Shown here: positions 12,971 to 26,200 of the stretch, piece by piece
Numbering within the stretch: the first letter of the stretch is position 1
Layout of the letters: every line of letters begins with the position of its first letter
Position numbers and translations under genes: made by a program
Assembly: GCF_006345805.1 (NCBI RefSeq)
Contig: NC_043013.1
Span: forward strand, 4,030,001 to 4,094,000
Source of the DNA: Octopus sinensis
Lineage: Eukaryota
Reading direction: 5' to 3'
DNA: 64,000 nucleotides
The notes under the pieces: model-generated
What the model saw: the letters and a program-made list of their open reading frames with translations, nothing else
Told to the model about the DNA's origin: nothing
The model's database searches: none

Positions 12971-14149
12971 CGCGTGTGTGTGTAGGCAGTTGCTGATTAA
13001 ATAAATATATATTGTCCCTCCAGTTAAGTCTTATATTCACTGCTGTGACCATATTCTGTAAAGGATCAGGACAACTGAAGATAACGTTGACTGTGAAACC
13101 CTGTATTAGGGGCGGTTGGTTGGAAAATCTTATGTATTCATGAGATCCTTTACCAACTCCACTCCCATTCATTCCATTAATCCCTTTGACAGCCCTTTTC
13201 CATATCAACGCACCCACACTAAGTTTACTGAGTGACTTAACTTACGAACATACCAGATCATATCTCTACAGACAATCTGTTGAGGACCATGTTGCTTAGT
13301 AACTTCCTTTACAGGTGACTTCAGACAGCCATAAGTCATCACCTGTGTCAGTAAATGTTGTAAATACTTTATGATTGATTAGTCATTCGTTGTCATTCAA
13401 ATGATCATTTTAATACGACTGCTTGAAGATACACTCTACTATAATTGAAAAGACATAAACGTGTAGCCTTTATTTTTAATTGTAAATTGAGAGATCGTGC
13501 TTATAACTGAAATCCTTGAGTTAAAATGAAAATAAGCTTTCAAGGTTTCCTCAGACATGCTATAGAAATTGGATTTCTAAAGAGTTTAGCAATCATTAAA
13601 GAAGTGCGTAGCTTATAAAGAGTTCATTTCTAGAAAAACATTTTAATCAATTCTGTTGTGTCTGAGGAGAGTCATTCTCTTTTAGTGCCAGAAAATAAAA
13701 ATAAGATATAAGTGGAAATTTTACCGGTGAGTGTGTTAAATAATAAGGCACTAAAAGAGAATGACTCTCCCCAGACACAACAGAATATGCTTCAACACAC
13801 CAACTCATATAAAGAATCTTGCAAACCAAATCCCAAAACGAAATATTTTAATCAATGCAATAAATAAATTTATCAATATTTATTTATCCTACAAAGCCAA
13901 TGGCACTCATTAATGGGGATTGTCTCCTGTAAGTTTCAAACTTAGCCATGAAAAGCAATGAAACACGTGTCGGATTTACAGTGATGCTGCTATTTATATC
14001 AGAGAGTTAACATAGGTACCGTATCAATTTACAGATTTGTGTATCCTATATTTGAGAGGTGGCTTGTTTGAGAGTTCGTCTTTTACGGATACGTAGTGCA
14101 AAGTTAATAGCTAATAGTTAATTGAAGCTTTAATGTTTATGATAAAGAA

Positions 14150-14252
14150 ATGTATAAGACTATAGTAGAAGAGACATGCCCAAGGTGCCATGAAGAGGGA
14201 CTGAACCGGGAACCGTGTGGTTGGGATGCAAGCCTCTTACCACACAGCCACG
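14150..14252 (-). mobile_element. Diverged SINE A head fragment (left arm of a perfect inverted duplication)
   Basis: Exact reverse complement of 15127-15229. Confidence 0.9.
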
Positions 14253-14275
14253 TCTGTGGCTATGCCACGAGTACT

Positions 14276-14444
<169 letters not shown>

Positions 14445-14474
14445 TATATATATTATATATATATATATATATAT

Positions 14475-15062
14475 TACTCTCTTCCTTCCGGAGAAATTCT
14501 CATGGCATCCAACAACATCAGAGACCTGGGAGTAACAGTGGACAACAACATAAGCTGGGCTACACATATAAGCAGCAAAGCTGACATGGCCCGCAGAATG
14601 TGTTCCTGGATTCTCAGAACCTTCCAGTCGAGAGATTCCCACGCTATTATCCTTCTCTTCTCCACTTTTGCCCGACCCCACCTTGAATACTGCTGTCCAC
14701 TGTGGTCTCCCTACACAAAACAAAATATTATGAGAATTGAAGCTCCCCAAAGGTCAATCACAAAAAAGATACATGGCATGTCAGACCTTGACTACTGGGG
14801 TAGACTAGAGAAGCTGAAATTGTATTCACTCCAACGACGCCGTTACATCATCTGTATGATGTGGAAAATATTCCATCAGCACTGTCCGAATGATGTTGGC
14901 ATCACCTTCAAAATGCATCCAAGGCTTGGACCACGTGCCATCCGTCCACAACAAAAATCAAAATCGCATCACATAACGACAATACGGCACAATTATTTCA
15001 CCTCAATTGGACCCGCTCTCTTCAATATTACACCAGGACACGTCAAAAAAGAAACTGACCAC
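14475..15062 (+). mobile_element. CR1/L2-type LINE ORF2 fragment (end of RT and C-terminal region)
   Basis: ORF 14502-15092 contains RDLGVTVD..SW..HI, RPHLEYCCPLWSP, IE..QR..TK.I.G and RLEKLKLYSLQRRR, typical CR1/L2-group motifs. Truncated at both ends by (TA)n. Confidence 0.88.
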
Positions 15063-15081
15063 ACAAAATATATATATATAT

Positions 15082-15118
<37 letters not shown>

Positions 15119-15229
15119 GGAGCAGGCGTGGCTGTGTGGTAAGAGGCTTGCATCCCAACCACACGGTTCCCGGTTCAGTCCCTCTTCATGGCACCTTGGG
15201 CATGTCTCTTCTACTATAGTCTTATACAT
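15119..15229 (+). mobile_element. Diverged SINE A head fragment (right arm of the inverted duplication)
   Basis: GGAGCAGGCGTGGCTGTGTGGTAAG head, truncated at the same point as 14150. Confidence 0.9.
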
Positions 15230-15486
15230 ATATATATATATACTTATATATATATATATACTTATATATATATATATATGTATGTACAAATTTAAAAATA
15301 GGATAAAATCTTAATAAGAAATTATCAGGTAGTTAGCGTAAAAAACCTCATAAGAGAAAAAATCTGTAAATTTTTTCACTTGAAAATATTTATTTATATT
15401 ATATAGAGGGCATTATTTTTGGTAGTTATGACTTTAAAAGTCCCTCCTAGCGTGTGGCATTTATGTGTAATAATGCCCTCTATATA

Positions 15487-15517
<31 letters not shown>

Positions 15518-15701
15518 TGTATGTATGTATGTATGTATGTATGTATGTATGTATGTATGTATGTATGCATGTATGTATGTTAGTAAACATTCGGAAAACA
15601 AATATTAAAATTCGTATCAGTTTATGTATAGCATTGCATGATTGTCAACGTAGAAAAGAGACTTGGGTGGGTCTACAATTATTTATATTGAATATATATA
15701 T

Positions 15702-15752
<51 letters not shown>

Positions 15753-16421
15753 ATATGTATGTATACAGTATATAGGAACTGGAATGGTCCATGCTTATAA
15801 CAGACTGGTGAGAATTCAATTCTCTCTCAAATTTTTGTAATATAAGCTTCCATGGAAAGGTCTTCTTATTCTTAGCTTTCACAAAAGTATGATCGCCATA
15901 AGAAGCTTCGTCGAAGGATATAATATGGAGCGCTTATAACTGGAAAGACAACAGAATCAACCCCGATTCGGCAATGTAGAACAACTCAGGACGGTTGTAT
16001 AAATAGAACAATCTCATGACATTGACATTTTCCTTCTATTTATTGTAATTCCAGATGTGTGTCTTAAGATATGTCTATCAGTTCTGTCTGTCTGTAAGTC
16101 TGTCTGTCTGTAAGTCTGTCTGTTAGTATCTATGCGTGTGTGTGTATGTGTGTGTGCATATATGTATGTATGTAGATGTGTGTGTATGTATGTATGGGAT
16201 GTATGTGTATGTGTGTGTGCATATATGTATGTATGTATATGTGTGTGTATGTATATGTGTGTGTATGTATATGTGTGTGTATGTATGTACGTATGTATCT
16301 ATGTATGTGATTCTGTGGGTGTGTATTATATATATATATATGTGTGTGTGAGTGTGTGTGTGTGTGTATGTATGTGTGTGTGTGTGTATCTATATATGTA
16401 TTTAAACATATATGTATTTAA

Positions 16422-16483
<62 letters not shown>

Positions 16484-17067
16484 ATATTATATATATATAT
16501 ATTATATATATATATATATGCATATATGTATGTATATATGCACACACATGTATACATATACGTATATGTGTACACACACATGCACACAAACACACACACA
16601 TCTATAACTATGTTCTATGTATATGTGTGGGCCCTCCCCCTCTCTTGTCTCACTTTCGCTATGCATACAAACACGATCAAATAATCGATTGGTTACGAGG
16701 GCGTGTAATGAACTGACGCTGCGAGCGCAGGGTTGCTGGCGGTGGTTTCGTTGCAGACGACTCCAAACCAATATAGCTGTTGTTAAATACTCTCCATGAA
16801 AAGTGACTATTAACACAGAATAGTTAGTGATAAAGGAATGCGAACAATGAACCATATTTATTCACAATAGAAGCCATAAAGACCGCCAACACACCGGTCA
16901 AACATCCGTTGCTCCGTCGCAAACATCATTCACTCGGTCACACAAAACAATTCGCTCCCTCTAAACAGTCTATAACTCCTCTTTCTTTTAAGCTCCTCGT
17001 TTCATTCATACACGAACATAACCACAGATATGAACACACACAAATACCCACGTACATACGCAAACAT

Positions 17068-17130
<63 letters not shown>

Positions 17131-17372
17131 ACACACACACACAGGTATACACACATCTACAAATAGAGAAGCACTTACACTCAGACACATACGCGCGTGC
17201 GCACGCACTCAAGCGCATACTCCTCCACCCTAAAGGAAATTATGGGTGTGCATGGGAACGAATTTCCCGGGATGCGGATATGTGCCCACTTCCACCTTAG
17301 CCTTCACATCAAAAATCTTAGCATACCCCCTAACCTTTTCTCATATACACATATATGTATGTGTGTGTGTGT

Positions 17373-17404
<32 letters not shown>

Positions 17405-17742
17405 ATACATGTATATGTGTTTACACACACACACACATATATATATATACATATAAATATATTACAAAAAGATAGACATCTGTTGTTATTTTTAATCGAC
17501 AGAAAGTTATAAAAGCGATTCAAGGTCCGAGAGATTCTTGCCTGGTCCTTCTGGAACCAACATAAAAACCAGGAAATCGCTTCTTATATGGTGTCATTTT
17601 ATCGTTATTTCTTGAATGTTCAATTAAGACTTGATATTAGAGGATAGTGTATAATTAAAAATCTCGAATAATTTACCTGCTCATTAGAGGACGATAACTC
17701 TGAGCCACAAAATAGAAAAAGAGAAAATAAACACCTACATAT

Positions 17743-17904
17743 AGGGGCAGGTATAACTGTGAGGTATGAAGCTTGCTTCCAAACAATATAATTCCGGGTT
17801 AAGTCCCACTGCGTGGCAACTTGGGTACTTGTCTTCTACTTATAGTCTCGGGCACCCAGTCTTGTGAGTGGTTTGGTAGACGGAAACTGAAAGAAGCTCG
17901 TCAT

Positions 17905-17939
<35 letters not shown>

Positions 17940-18127
17940 AACGTATATGCTTATGTACGTGTGCCTTTGTGTCTGTGTTTGTTCCCCACTACCGGTATTG
18001 GTATGTTTACGTCCCCGATAGAATAAGTACTAGGATATAAAAGATAAGTTCTGGGGTCGATTTCTTCGACTAAAAACCCTTCAAGGCGGTTCTCCAGCAT
18101 GGCTGAAGTCATGTGACTGAAACAAGT
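17743..18127 (+). mobile_element. Old, diverged SINE A
   Basis: GGTAGACGGAAACTGAAAGAAGC core end, internal CA/TA tract and CCAGCATGGC...GACTGAAACAAGT tail; followed by an extra right-half fragment at about 18140-18250. Confidence 0.75.
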
Positions 18128-18339
18128 CGCGTATAAGTCTTTGGTTGTCCCACCTCCACTGCTTCACAACCGGTGTAGGTGTGCTTACGTCTTCGTAACC
18201 TACCGGATCGGTAAAAATCCGACGGAATAAGTACCTGGTTTAAAAGCAAGCTCCTTATCATACAACCACGCCGATATATAATATATCTATATATATTATA
18301 TATATATATATATATATATGTAAACACACATCATCACCA

Positions 18340-18416
<77 letters not shown>

Positions 18417-18630
18417 CTTTGAACTTTTTTTCAACATCTCAAATGTAAGATTTTTTTCTCAGAAGCTTGAGGTTCGTCTCATCCGACGATCAAATCAATC
18501 CACAAACATTACTTTGGAACACCGAGCCCCTAGAAACTGCTGTTGGGTTTGTGATGCTTTTCTCCAACCCCTTTAATTCTCGATATTATTTCTTTTCTGT
18601 GTAAGTCGGACATTTTCGTATGTAAACATA

Positions 18631-19400
18631 TGAAGTCTGATCAATAATCATCGGTACTGTTGGTATCATAGTAACGAAGCTAAAATACGCAGAGTGAAGC
18701 CGCACGGCACAGATTGACCTTGACCTCTGCTGTGCATGCGCACAAAAACTTGAACGTCCTAGCTAACTTCCGCTGTTTACAGTAGTGCTTGAAAGAAAGG
18801 TGTGTAGCATCTGATCGTCACATTGAGCAGGACAGAGAAAGTGGTCATGGTGATACTTGCTCAGAGGCCGACGCAAAGTTGCAGAAAGTGTATGGAGAAG
18901 AGTGTATGAGCTGCACAGAAGTGTACTAGTGGTTCAGACGTTTCGAAGATAGCAGAAAAATGTCGATATTAACGAATGTTTTGTGAGACCCGCAACCGGC
19001 AGAACTGAGAAAAACATCGCAGATGTGCGCGCAGCTGTGAGGGGAAATCGTCGAATCACCATCCGTGAGTTATCAGAGGATGTGCAGATTAGTTACGGTT
19101 CAGTTCAGTCCATTATCACTGAAGATTTGGGTATGAGACGCGTGTTTGCTCAGTCTCTGCCAAAACTGCTTTCAGCTGACCAAAAAGACACTCGGGTTTC
19201 AGTTACACAAGATCTTGATTGTGTCATCCTTGAGAACAATGAAATTTTTCGTGGTAGATTTGAAAAATTAGAATGTATAAGCACGGGGCACATACTGGAT
19301 TGCCTCTTGTATATATATTTAATCTAAGGTGTACCTGCTGAAGGAGGCTTCGCCTAGCAAATTATTTTATTTGTTAAAAAAAGTCTGAAATCATTGATCC
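18631..19400 (+). mobile_element. Mariner-like element, internally deleted (HTH region kept, DDD domain lost)
   Basis: KVYGEECMS, GRTEKNIADV..NRRITIRELSEDVQISYGSVQSI..DLGMRRV and PKLLS linker, joined to a C-terminal remnant. TA|TGAAGTCTGATCAATAA left end; right end degenerate. Confidence 0.8.
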
Positions 19401-19544
19401 AGGAGTTAGATGGTAAATGTTTTTATTTTTCATTCCCTTCGATATTTTATCTCTAATAGTGGTTCGGAATTTAACAGTCCTCTCTAGCGTGTAGGTATTC
19501 CTATGATGGATACCTCTTATGTGTTTAAGTGTGCACTGTATAAT

Positions 19545-19602
<58 letters not shown>

Positions 19603-19652
19603 GCAAACACACACGTATAAAACACGTGTACACGAAGTACGATCATTGCTAG

Positions 19653-19708
19653 AAATAGCAGCGAGTAAGTTTACGGCGCTAGCGCCGTAAACTTACAGGC
19701 TGCTATTT
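19653..19708. other. Palindrome: perfect 32-bp core (19665-19696) extended by 10 bp on each side
   Basis: GTAAGTTTACGGCGCTAGCGCCGTAAACTTAC is its own reverse complement; flanks AAATAGCAGC / GCTGCTATTT. Confidence 0.95.
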
Positions 19709-20010
19709 GTGTACACCTGGTTAATATATTTATAATTCTACCTATGTGGTGCTTTATATGTTGCTGGATATTAATATTAGTTTAAATAACATTTATATTT
19801 CCATGTATACACACACACACACACACACACACATACACACACACGCATACACACACACGCACACTCACACACACACACCACATATAGGTAAAATATTAAT
19901 GCGTGCGTGTGTTGCATAATAATATTTTCAGGATTAAATATAAGACAGCAAACAGAAATACACAGATTCATTATATGTTCATATGTTCATTTACTACACG
20001 GTTTTTGAAT

Positions 20011-20041
<31 letters not shown>

Positions 20042-20148
20042 ATATATATATATATATACAGGTATATCATATTTTCCGTTTGCTGTCTTCCTATATATAT
20101 AATGTATGTATATTATATATATATAATATATAGATATATATATATATC

Positions 20149-20237
<89 letters not shown>

Positions 20238-20317
20238 AAGATTCAACATTATAATCTACAACCAATCGTGTAGATGCTATTCACTGCCTTACCGTAACTA
20301 ATATGGTATCTCATGCT

Positions 20318-20551
20318 GAAGGCGGCGAGCTGGCAGAAACGTTAGCGCGCCGGGCGAAATGCTGAGCGGTATTTCGTCTGTCGTTACGTCCTGAGTTCAA
20401 ATTCCGCCGAGGTCGATTTTGCCTTTCATCCTTTCGGAGTCGATTAAATAAGTACCAGTTACGCACTGGGGTCGATGTAATCGACTTAATACCTATGTCT
20501 GTCCTTGTTTGTCCCCTCTGTGTTTAGCCCCTTGTGGGTAATAAATAAATA
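20318..20551 (+). mobile_element. SINE B, full length
   Basis: A-box-like TGGCAGAAACG and B-box-like GAGTTCAAATTCC; 13-bp TSD GGTATCTCATGCT at 20305-20317 and 20552-20564. Confidence 0.93.
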
Positions 20552-21084
20552 GGTATCTCATGCTTCTGAATTTAAAATACATAAATATCAAAAGCATATT
20601 AATATTATGAGATGTCTTAAAACCGATGCAATTTGAGCATAGAATTCAAAATTGCTTAGTTTTTGATTTAGGAAAAATGCGCTGTAATTTAGAAGGGAAA
20701 CAGGAAGTCTAATGGTTATTCCGTTCACAAGTTATTAATATATGAATAGAACAAATTTGTTTCAGCCGGGGATTACAACTATATTGCTATGAGGGAGCTC
20801 GAGTTTAGAATGGAGTCGTCGCTCGACCTCCTATAAACACTTGCGAAATCACCCTAAAATTATACCCCATCATCTTAAATATGGGGAAACAGGAGATAAT
20901 ATAGTTATATATGCACTGAAACAGATGGGTTGGTCACGGCTGTGTGCCTGCTTAATCAACGTTGAGTGGGATTAAACAACGGCAATTGTAATTGGTGCTG
21001 TTGAAACTTGTTTTCACTGACTATGTTCAGAATACCGAGAAAACGATATTGATTTCTGACATTAAAACGAGACCACACATTCTT

Positions 21085-21255
21085 GGGGAGGGTAGATTTA
21101 ATTAAATGGGCCTCACTGTTTGACAGCTATTTCATTTTATTGATCCGGAATGATGAAAGGCAAATTCTCTCCCAACAGAATTTGAACCTAGAAAGTAAAG
21201 ATGTCAAACTACAAGGAATGTTTTTCCGACGTCTAACGATTCTGCCAGTTCCTCA
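21085..21255 (-). mobile_element. Degenerate SINE B
   Basis: GATGAAAGGCAAA...GAATTTGAAC...CTAACGATTCTGCCAG matches the reverse complement of B. Confidence 0.6.
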
Positions 21256-21567
21256 GGCTTCGAGACTATTAAAAATAAAATACTCCGATCATTTCTCATG
21301 TAGATTGATTGTATTCTGATTTACTTCCTAATTAACTGTCGGGACTTGGAGTCGGATGAAATATAATAAAATATCTTTAAGAATTGGTTCTGCAATTGTA
21401 GGTAAATAAGGCTTTGTGCGCTCAGTTTTTGTTATTTACTACTGTTTTTATTTAACTAAGGGTCAGGTTGAACGAACTCGTAATCAAAAACCTTCCAACC
21501 TTCGCTGTTCCATTCTATGCCCAATGCATTCTTTCTTTTGAAGGACTCTAGGTCCGCTTCTATTTAC

Positions 21568-21633
<66 letters not shown>

Positions 21634-22089
21634 CTGTCTCTGTCTGTCTCCCTCTCTCTGTCTCTCTTTCTGTCTCTTTCTCTTTGTCTCTGTCTCTGTC
21701 TCTCTCTCCCTCTGTCTCTCTCTCTCCTCTCTCTCTCTCTGAATTCGCTCACACAGACAATTTCTTTATTAATTATGAGGTTGAGAAAAAGAGGGGGTCG
21801 ATACGAGCTGACACAGACATCTGCTCGCACACATTCACAATAGAAACAATGACCCCCCCCCAAAAAAAAAACCAAAAACAAAAGCATCGCAGAAACGACG
21901 AATTCCCTGCGCGCGGATAACTTTTTCCCAAAATTAAAGTGTGGCTTACAATGCGTTGCTTACTCATGCTTTTTTATTGAAATGAATTTATTTTAAGTAT
22001 CACCATTATAGGTATTTATACACCGGTGAAATTAAGATATCAACTCTCGAATCCATCGGTGTACACACATACACACACACATACACACA

Positions 22090-22135
<46 letters not shown>

Positions 22136-22600
22136 GCACGCACGCGCACACATACATTCGCATATCTCTATGTATTTATGTATGTACGTATGCATGTATG
22201 TATGTCTGTATGCATACGTGTCTACGCGCATAAGTTCATCATGATCTATGCGTATGAAAAACAGAAGTGAACAAAATAATATGATCATTTGCTAATCGGG
22301 AAATTTGTAAGTTCGATTGTTTTATAATTTAAAAAATATATATAATCAAGCCAAATGTTCAACATTTTGAGCCACTCATCCAATGAGTATTTCTGCCAAA
22401 TGTAGTGAAAATTTGTTCCGCTGTTTTCCAGTAATTTTGCAAAGACACAGACAAACAGATAAAGAAGAATGATTACTATACTCTGCTTTCGCTTGCGTGC
22501 GCAGAGTAAATGTCTCGCAGATATAACGAAATTACTTTTTGCGTATAAAACGTCTTTCGATAAATATAAAATGAATTTATGTTTAGACATATGATGACAT

Positions 22601-22772
22601 AGGCGCAAGAGTGGCTGTGTGGTAAGTAGCTTGCTAACCAACCACATGGTTCCGGGTTCAGTCCCACTGCGTGGCATCTTGGGCAAGTGTCTTCTGCTAT
22701 AGCCCCGGGCCAACCAATGCCTTATGAGTGGATTTGGTAGACGGAAACTGAAAGAAGCCTGTCGTATATATG

Positions 22773-22803
<31 letters not shown>

Positions 22804-23016
22804 GTTTGTGTATCTGTGTTTGTCCCACTAGCATTGCTTGACAACCGATGCTGGTGTGTTTACGTCCCCGTAACTTAGCGGTTCGGCAAAAGAGACCGAT
22901 AGAATAAGTACTGGGCTTACAAAGAATAAGTCCCGGGGTCGATTTGCTCGACTAAAGGCGGTGCTCCAGCATGGCCGCAGTCAAATGACTGAAACAAGTA
23001 AAAGAGAGTAAAAGAG
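22601..23016 (+). mobile_element. SINE A, full length
   Basis: Complete bipartite structure; possible imperfect TSD CATAT(G/A)ATGA. Confidence 0.92.
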
Positions 23017-23411
23017 TCATATAATGAATTCACAATCAAAAGACACTATGGAATACAATCATATACTTATTAAAGTATACAAAAGATATTAAATGTTTAC
23101 GCCCCGAGCAAATCTCAAGTGACTAGCTATCGTTAGTAAAGCAACTGTCGTGATGCCGTCTTCATATATAAGTGTATTTTAAGATTTCGTTTAAGTGTAG
23201 CGATATTAGTAACCTGCCGTTAGTATTCAGCGCACATATGCGTCAGTGTAAAACCTAAGGTGAGTACAGAGCATGAAATGAAATTAAAGAAACGAGCATG
23301 GTACAGGGATCATGTCAGGAAACAGGGATCACGAAATCGTATCGTCGGTAGCCAATCTCTCGTTGATCACATAATCACGTAATCAACTTTATTGGCCTAC
23401 AACTGTTTACC

Positions 23412-23461
23412 TATTTGGGGAAACATTTAAATACATATGTATTTAAATGTTTCCCCAAATA
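23412..23461. other. Perfect 50-bp palindrome, no spacer
   Basis: TATTTGGGGAAACATTTAAATACAT|ATGTATTTAAATGTTTCCCCAAATA. Confidence 0.97.
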
Positions 23462-23492
23462 AACATGCACTTCATTTTAGAAACCTCGTGAA

Positions 23493-23597
<105 letters not shown>

Positions 23598-23707
23598 ATT
23601 TATCTCTCTCTGATCTGGAATAGAGAAAGAAACTATGCACATCAGTTGAGAAGTTAGTGGAAATAAGTTGCCCAGCATAGGTTAATAATGTTGACGTTTC
23701 CCTAAAC

Positions 23708-24132
23708 GTGTTTATTTCTCGCCCAGTTGTTCGTAGATTTGCCAAGTGCCAAATCTACGAAGCACAGTTTATAAGGGGTCAGTTGACCACTTCATATGGT
23801 GTTTTAACTCAGAAAGACAACTATGTAGAATTGAAGAATGTACGGGACGCCGGTCCGTCGCAGGTGAGCTGTAAGAGGAAAGAGTGAGAGAAAGTTGTGG
23901 CAAAAGAGTCAGCAGAAGTTTCGCCATTACCTTCTGCCGGAGCCGCGTGGAGCTTAGGTGTTTCGCTCATAAACACACACATCGCCGGTCTGCTTTAGAT
24001 ATCCAGAAATTCACATCAATCCATAAATACGGACACGACTATTCTGCTGATGTTGTCCAGATTCCAATGAAAGAGTCTTGTTTCTAGGCTAGGAACCAAC
24101 TTTTCTCAGTAAGAAAATCGAAATATGAAACA

Positions 24133-24183
<51 letters not shown>

Positions 24184-24676
24184 ATGCACACACACACACA
24201 CATACACACACACATGCACATACACAGATACACACACACTCAAACACATACGCGCACACACATATACGTACACTCATGCACATACACAGATACACGCACA
24301 TACAGACACGCATGCGCATATATACATAAATACATACTTAGAGATTCTCTATCGTAAGAAAATTTAAAAGTAAAAACGGGAGAACATTAACGCGAAGTTC
24401 AAATTGGCATTTATGTATATACACACACACACGCACACGCACATCTACATACACACATCTACATACACATATACACACACATAAACACATACACATACAC
24501 ATACACACGCGCACTAAACATTTGTATATTAGCACGATGAGGAAAAAATAGAACTTTGAAAGAAAGGGGAGTGTTTATTTCTCGCCCAGTTGTTGGAGTT
24601 GTCGGCCAAGTGCCAAATCTACGAAGCACAGTTTATAGGGGTCAGTTGACCACTTCATATGGTGTTTTAACTCAGA
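23708..24676 (+). repeat. Pair of ~106-bp direct repeats (23708-23813 and 24571-24676)
   Basis: Near-identical GTGTTTATTTCTCGCCCAGTTGTT...GGTGTTTTAACTCAGA blocks, 863 bp apart. Confidence 0.9.
23841..23992 (-). mobile_element. SINE fragment, C-type body with G-type tail
   Basis: Matches the internal part of 45574-45881. Confidence 0.8.
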
Positions 24677-25026
24677 CTGGCAATCCAATCAATCGCCAAA
24701 CTGTCTCCTATTTACAACAACCCCATTTCATTTCACACTGCTTTCAATCCATTTTATATTCTCGCTTCTTTATTCATTATATTCAAATATATATATATAT
24801 ATAAAAAAGAACTGGATGAGAAAATGTTGAAGAAAATATAATAAAATAATCACGTATACATTAATGCACGCACAGTTGTATACACGCACGGTCGTATACA
24901 CACACACAAACTTACAACGACTTGCAGCTGAATGAAAAAGCATAGATACTTGTTTCGTATTATCCTAGTGAGTTGCTTGCTTTCGTTTTTATTCGTTTTT
25001 CTCTGAAATTGTAATTATATATAATA

Positions 25027-25422
25027 CTAGCAGTATCGCCCGGCGTTGCTCGGGTTTGTAAGGGAAATAACTATATAAGCATTTTTTAGAGATGTAAAGT
25101 AAAATAGCCATCTCAATTTGGCTAACCACAAAGGGGGGGGGGGTGTACTGTAGCTTTTTACGTTCTGAGATTTAATAATAAATTTTTAGAGAGTTACTTC
25201 CCTTATATATGCCAAAAATGCATTAAAAATGGGAAAATTGATGGTAAATTCTTTTTAAAATCGTAGACTCATCGTAGACGTGCTCTAATACCCAGAAGGG
25301 CTCGATATGAATCACGACTATAAGATACCCGGTTTTGGTTAAACTGCACCGCAAAATGTGGGAGTAGTTAGGAATCTAAATCGTAGGAGACAGACACACA
25401 ACTTCACTTTTATATATAAAGA
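25027..25422 (-). mobile_element. Complete non-autonomous Helitron (396 bp)
   Basis: Minus strand: A|TCTTTATATATAAAAG ... hairpin CCCGAGCAACGCCGGG (25039-25054), 8 nt, CTAG|T. Inserted at A|T with no TSD. Confidence 0.88.
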
Positions 25423-25646
25423 TTTCAGATTAAATTTCATCGCAGCATGTACACAAGATAAAATGTCATAGAAGAATAATTGTTTTGAATAATTAAAAGA
25501 CACTGTCCATCGTCTTTGTGGTTGCTCGTCTTGATTCAAGTAATAACCAAACCTTCCTCAGAGCATACTCGATCATTTTAAGGGCTAACCAATAACAATG
25601 ACCAATAATATTTAGAGTTAATATCTTCATATCTTTTCATCTTTTC

Positions 25647-25682
25647 CTTTCTGTCGAAGAGCGTAGGCTCGAAACATAAAAG
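25647..25682 (+). ncRNA. Hammerhead-like motif with variant core (repeat family P2)
   Basis: CTTT-CTGTCGA-A-GAGC(GTAG)GCTC-GAA-ACAT-A-AAAG; second copy on the minus strand at 48247-48282. Confidence 0.4.
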
Positions 25683-25771
25683 ACTTTCTCACTTTCCGAG
25701 CGTTAAACTAATACATCTATTTGTTGTTTACACACCCGTCTTCGTCTTTTGATTTTTTTTTTTGTAATTTC

Positions 25772-25837
<66 letters not shown>

Positions 25838-25839
<2 letters not shown>

Positions 25840-26200
25840 GGTATGTAGAAAAATACAACATGGACAAGAACGTATAACTCTTAGAAGACGATACAATAAA
25901 CACGGACAGGACATTCGAAACCCTCAGTCTTCAGTCAAGAACCGATCATCGTAGTAATTTCGGCTGATTAATCTTGAGATTACTAGATCACGGCCAGCCC
26001 TCCAAGAAAAATAAGCAACGAGCATTAGAAAAACTAAGCTGGAGCGTAGATTTCCTGGAAGAAGGATCGAATGCATACGGACCCCAGGACAGCAAAAGGA
26101 ACGAATATAAAAAAACAAAAAAATAATGGAATACAGAAACATGAAATACAGAAGCATTAACGGTGAAAACAACAACAAGTGTCTTACGACTGATAACAAG
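25838..26200. repeat. Interspersed repeat P3
   Basis: 25838-25924 recurs at 26701-26785; about 25920-26200 resembles the reverse complement of 39917-40270. Class unknown, possibly Penelope-associated. Confidence 0.55.

Noticed and set aside
13242-13367. SRCR-like peptide on the minus strand (DLWLSEVTCKGS...W.S..C...DLVC)
   Set aside because: Two in-frame stops, short spacing and no splice support; likely chance.
16660-16930. Promoter-like CpG patch (ATTGG, TGACG motifs)
   Set aside because: Short motifs are expected by chance and no linked exon was found.
22285-22500. Helitron-like internal sequence on the minus strand
   Set aside because: No TC start or hairpin-CTAG end could be located.
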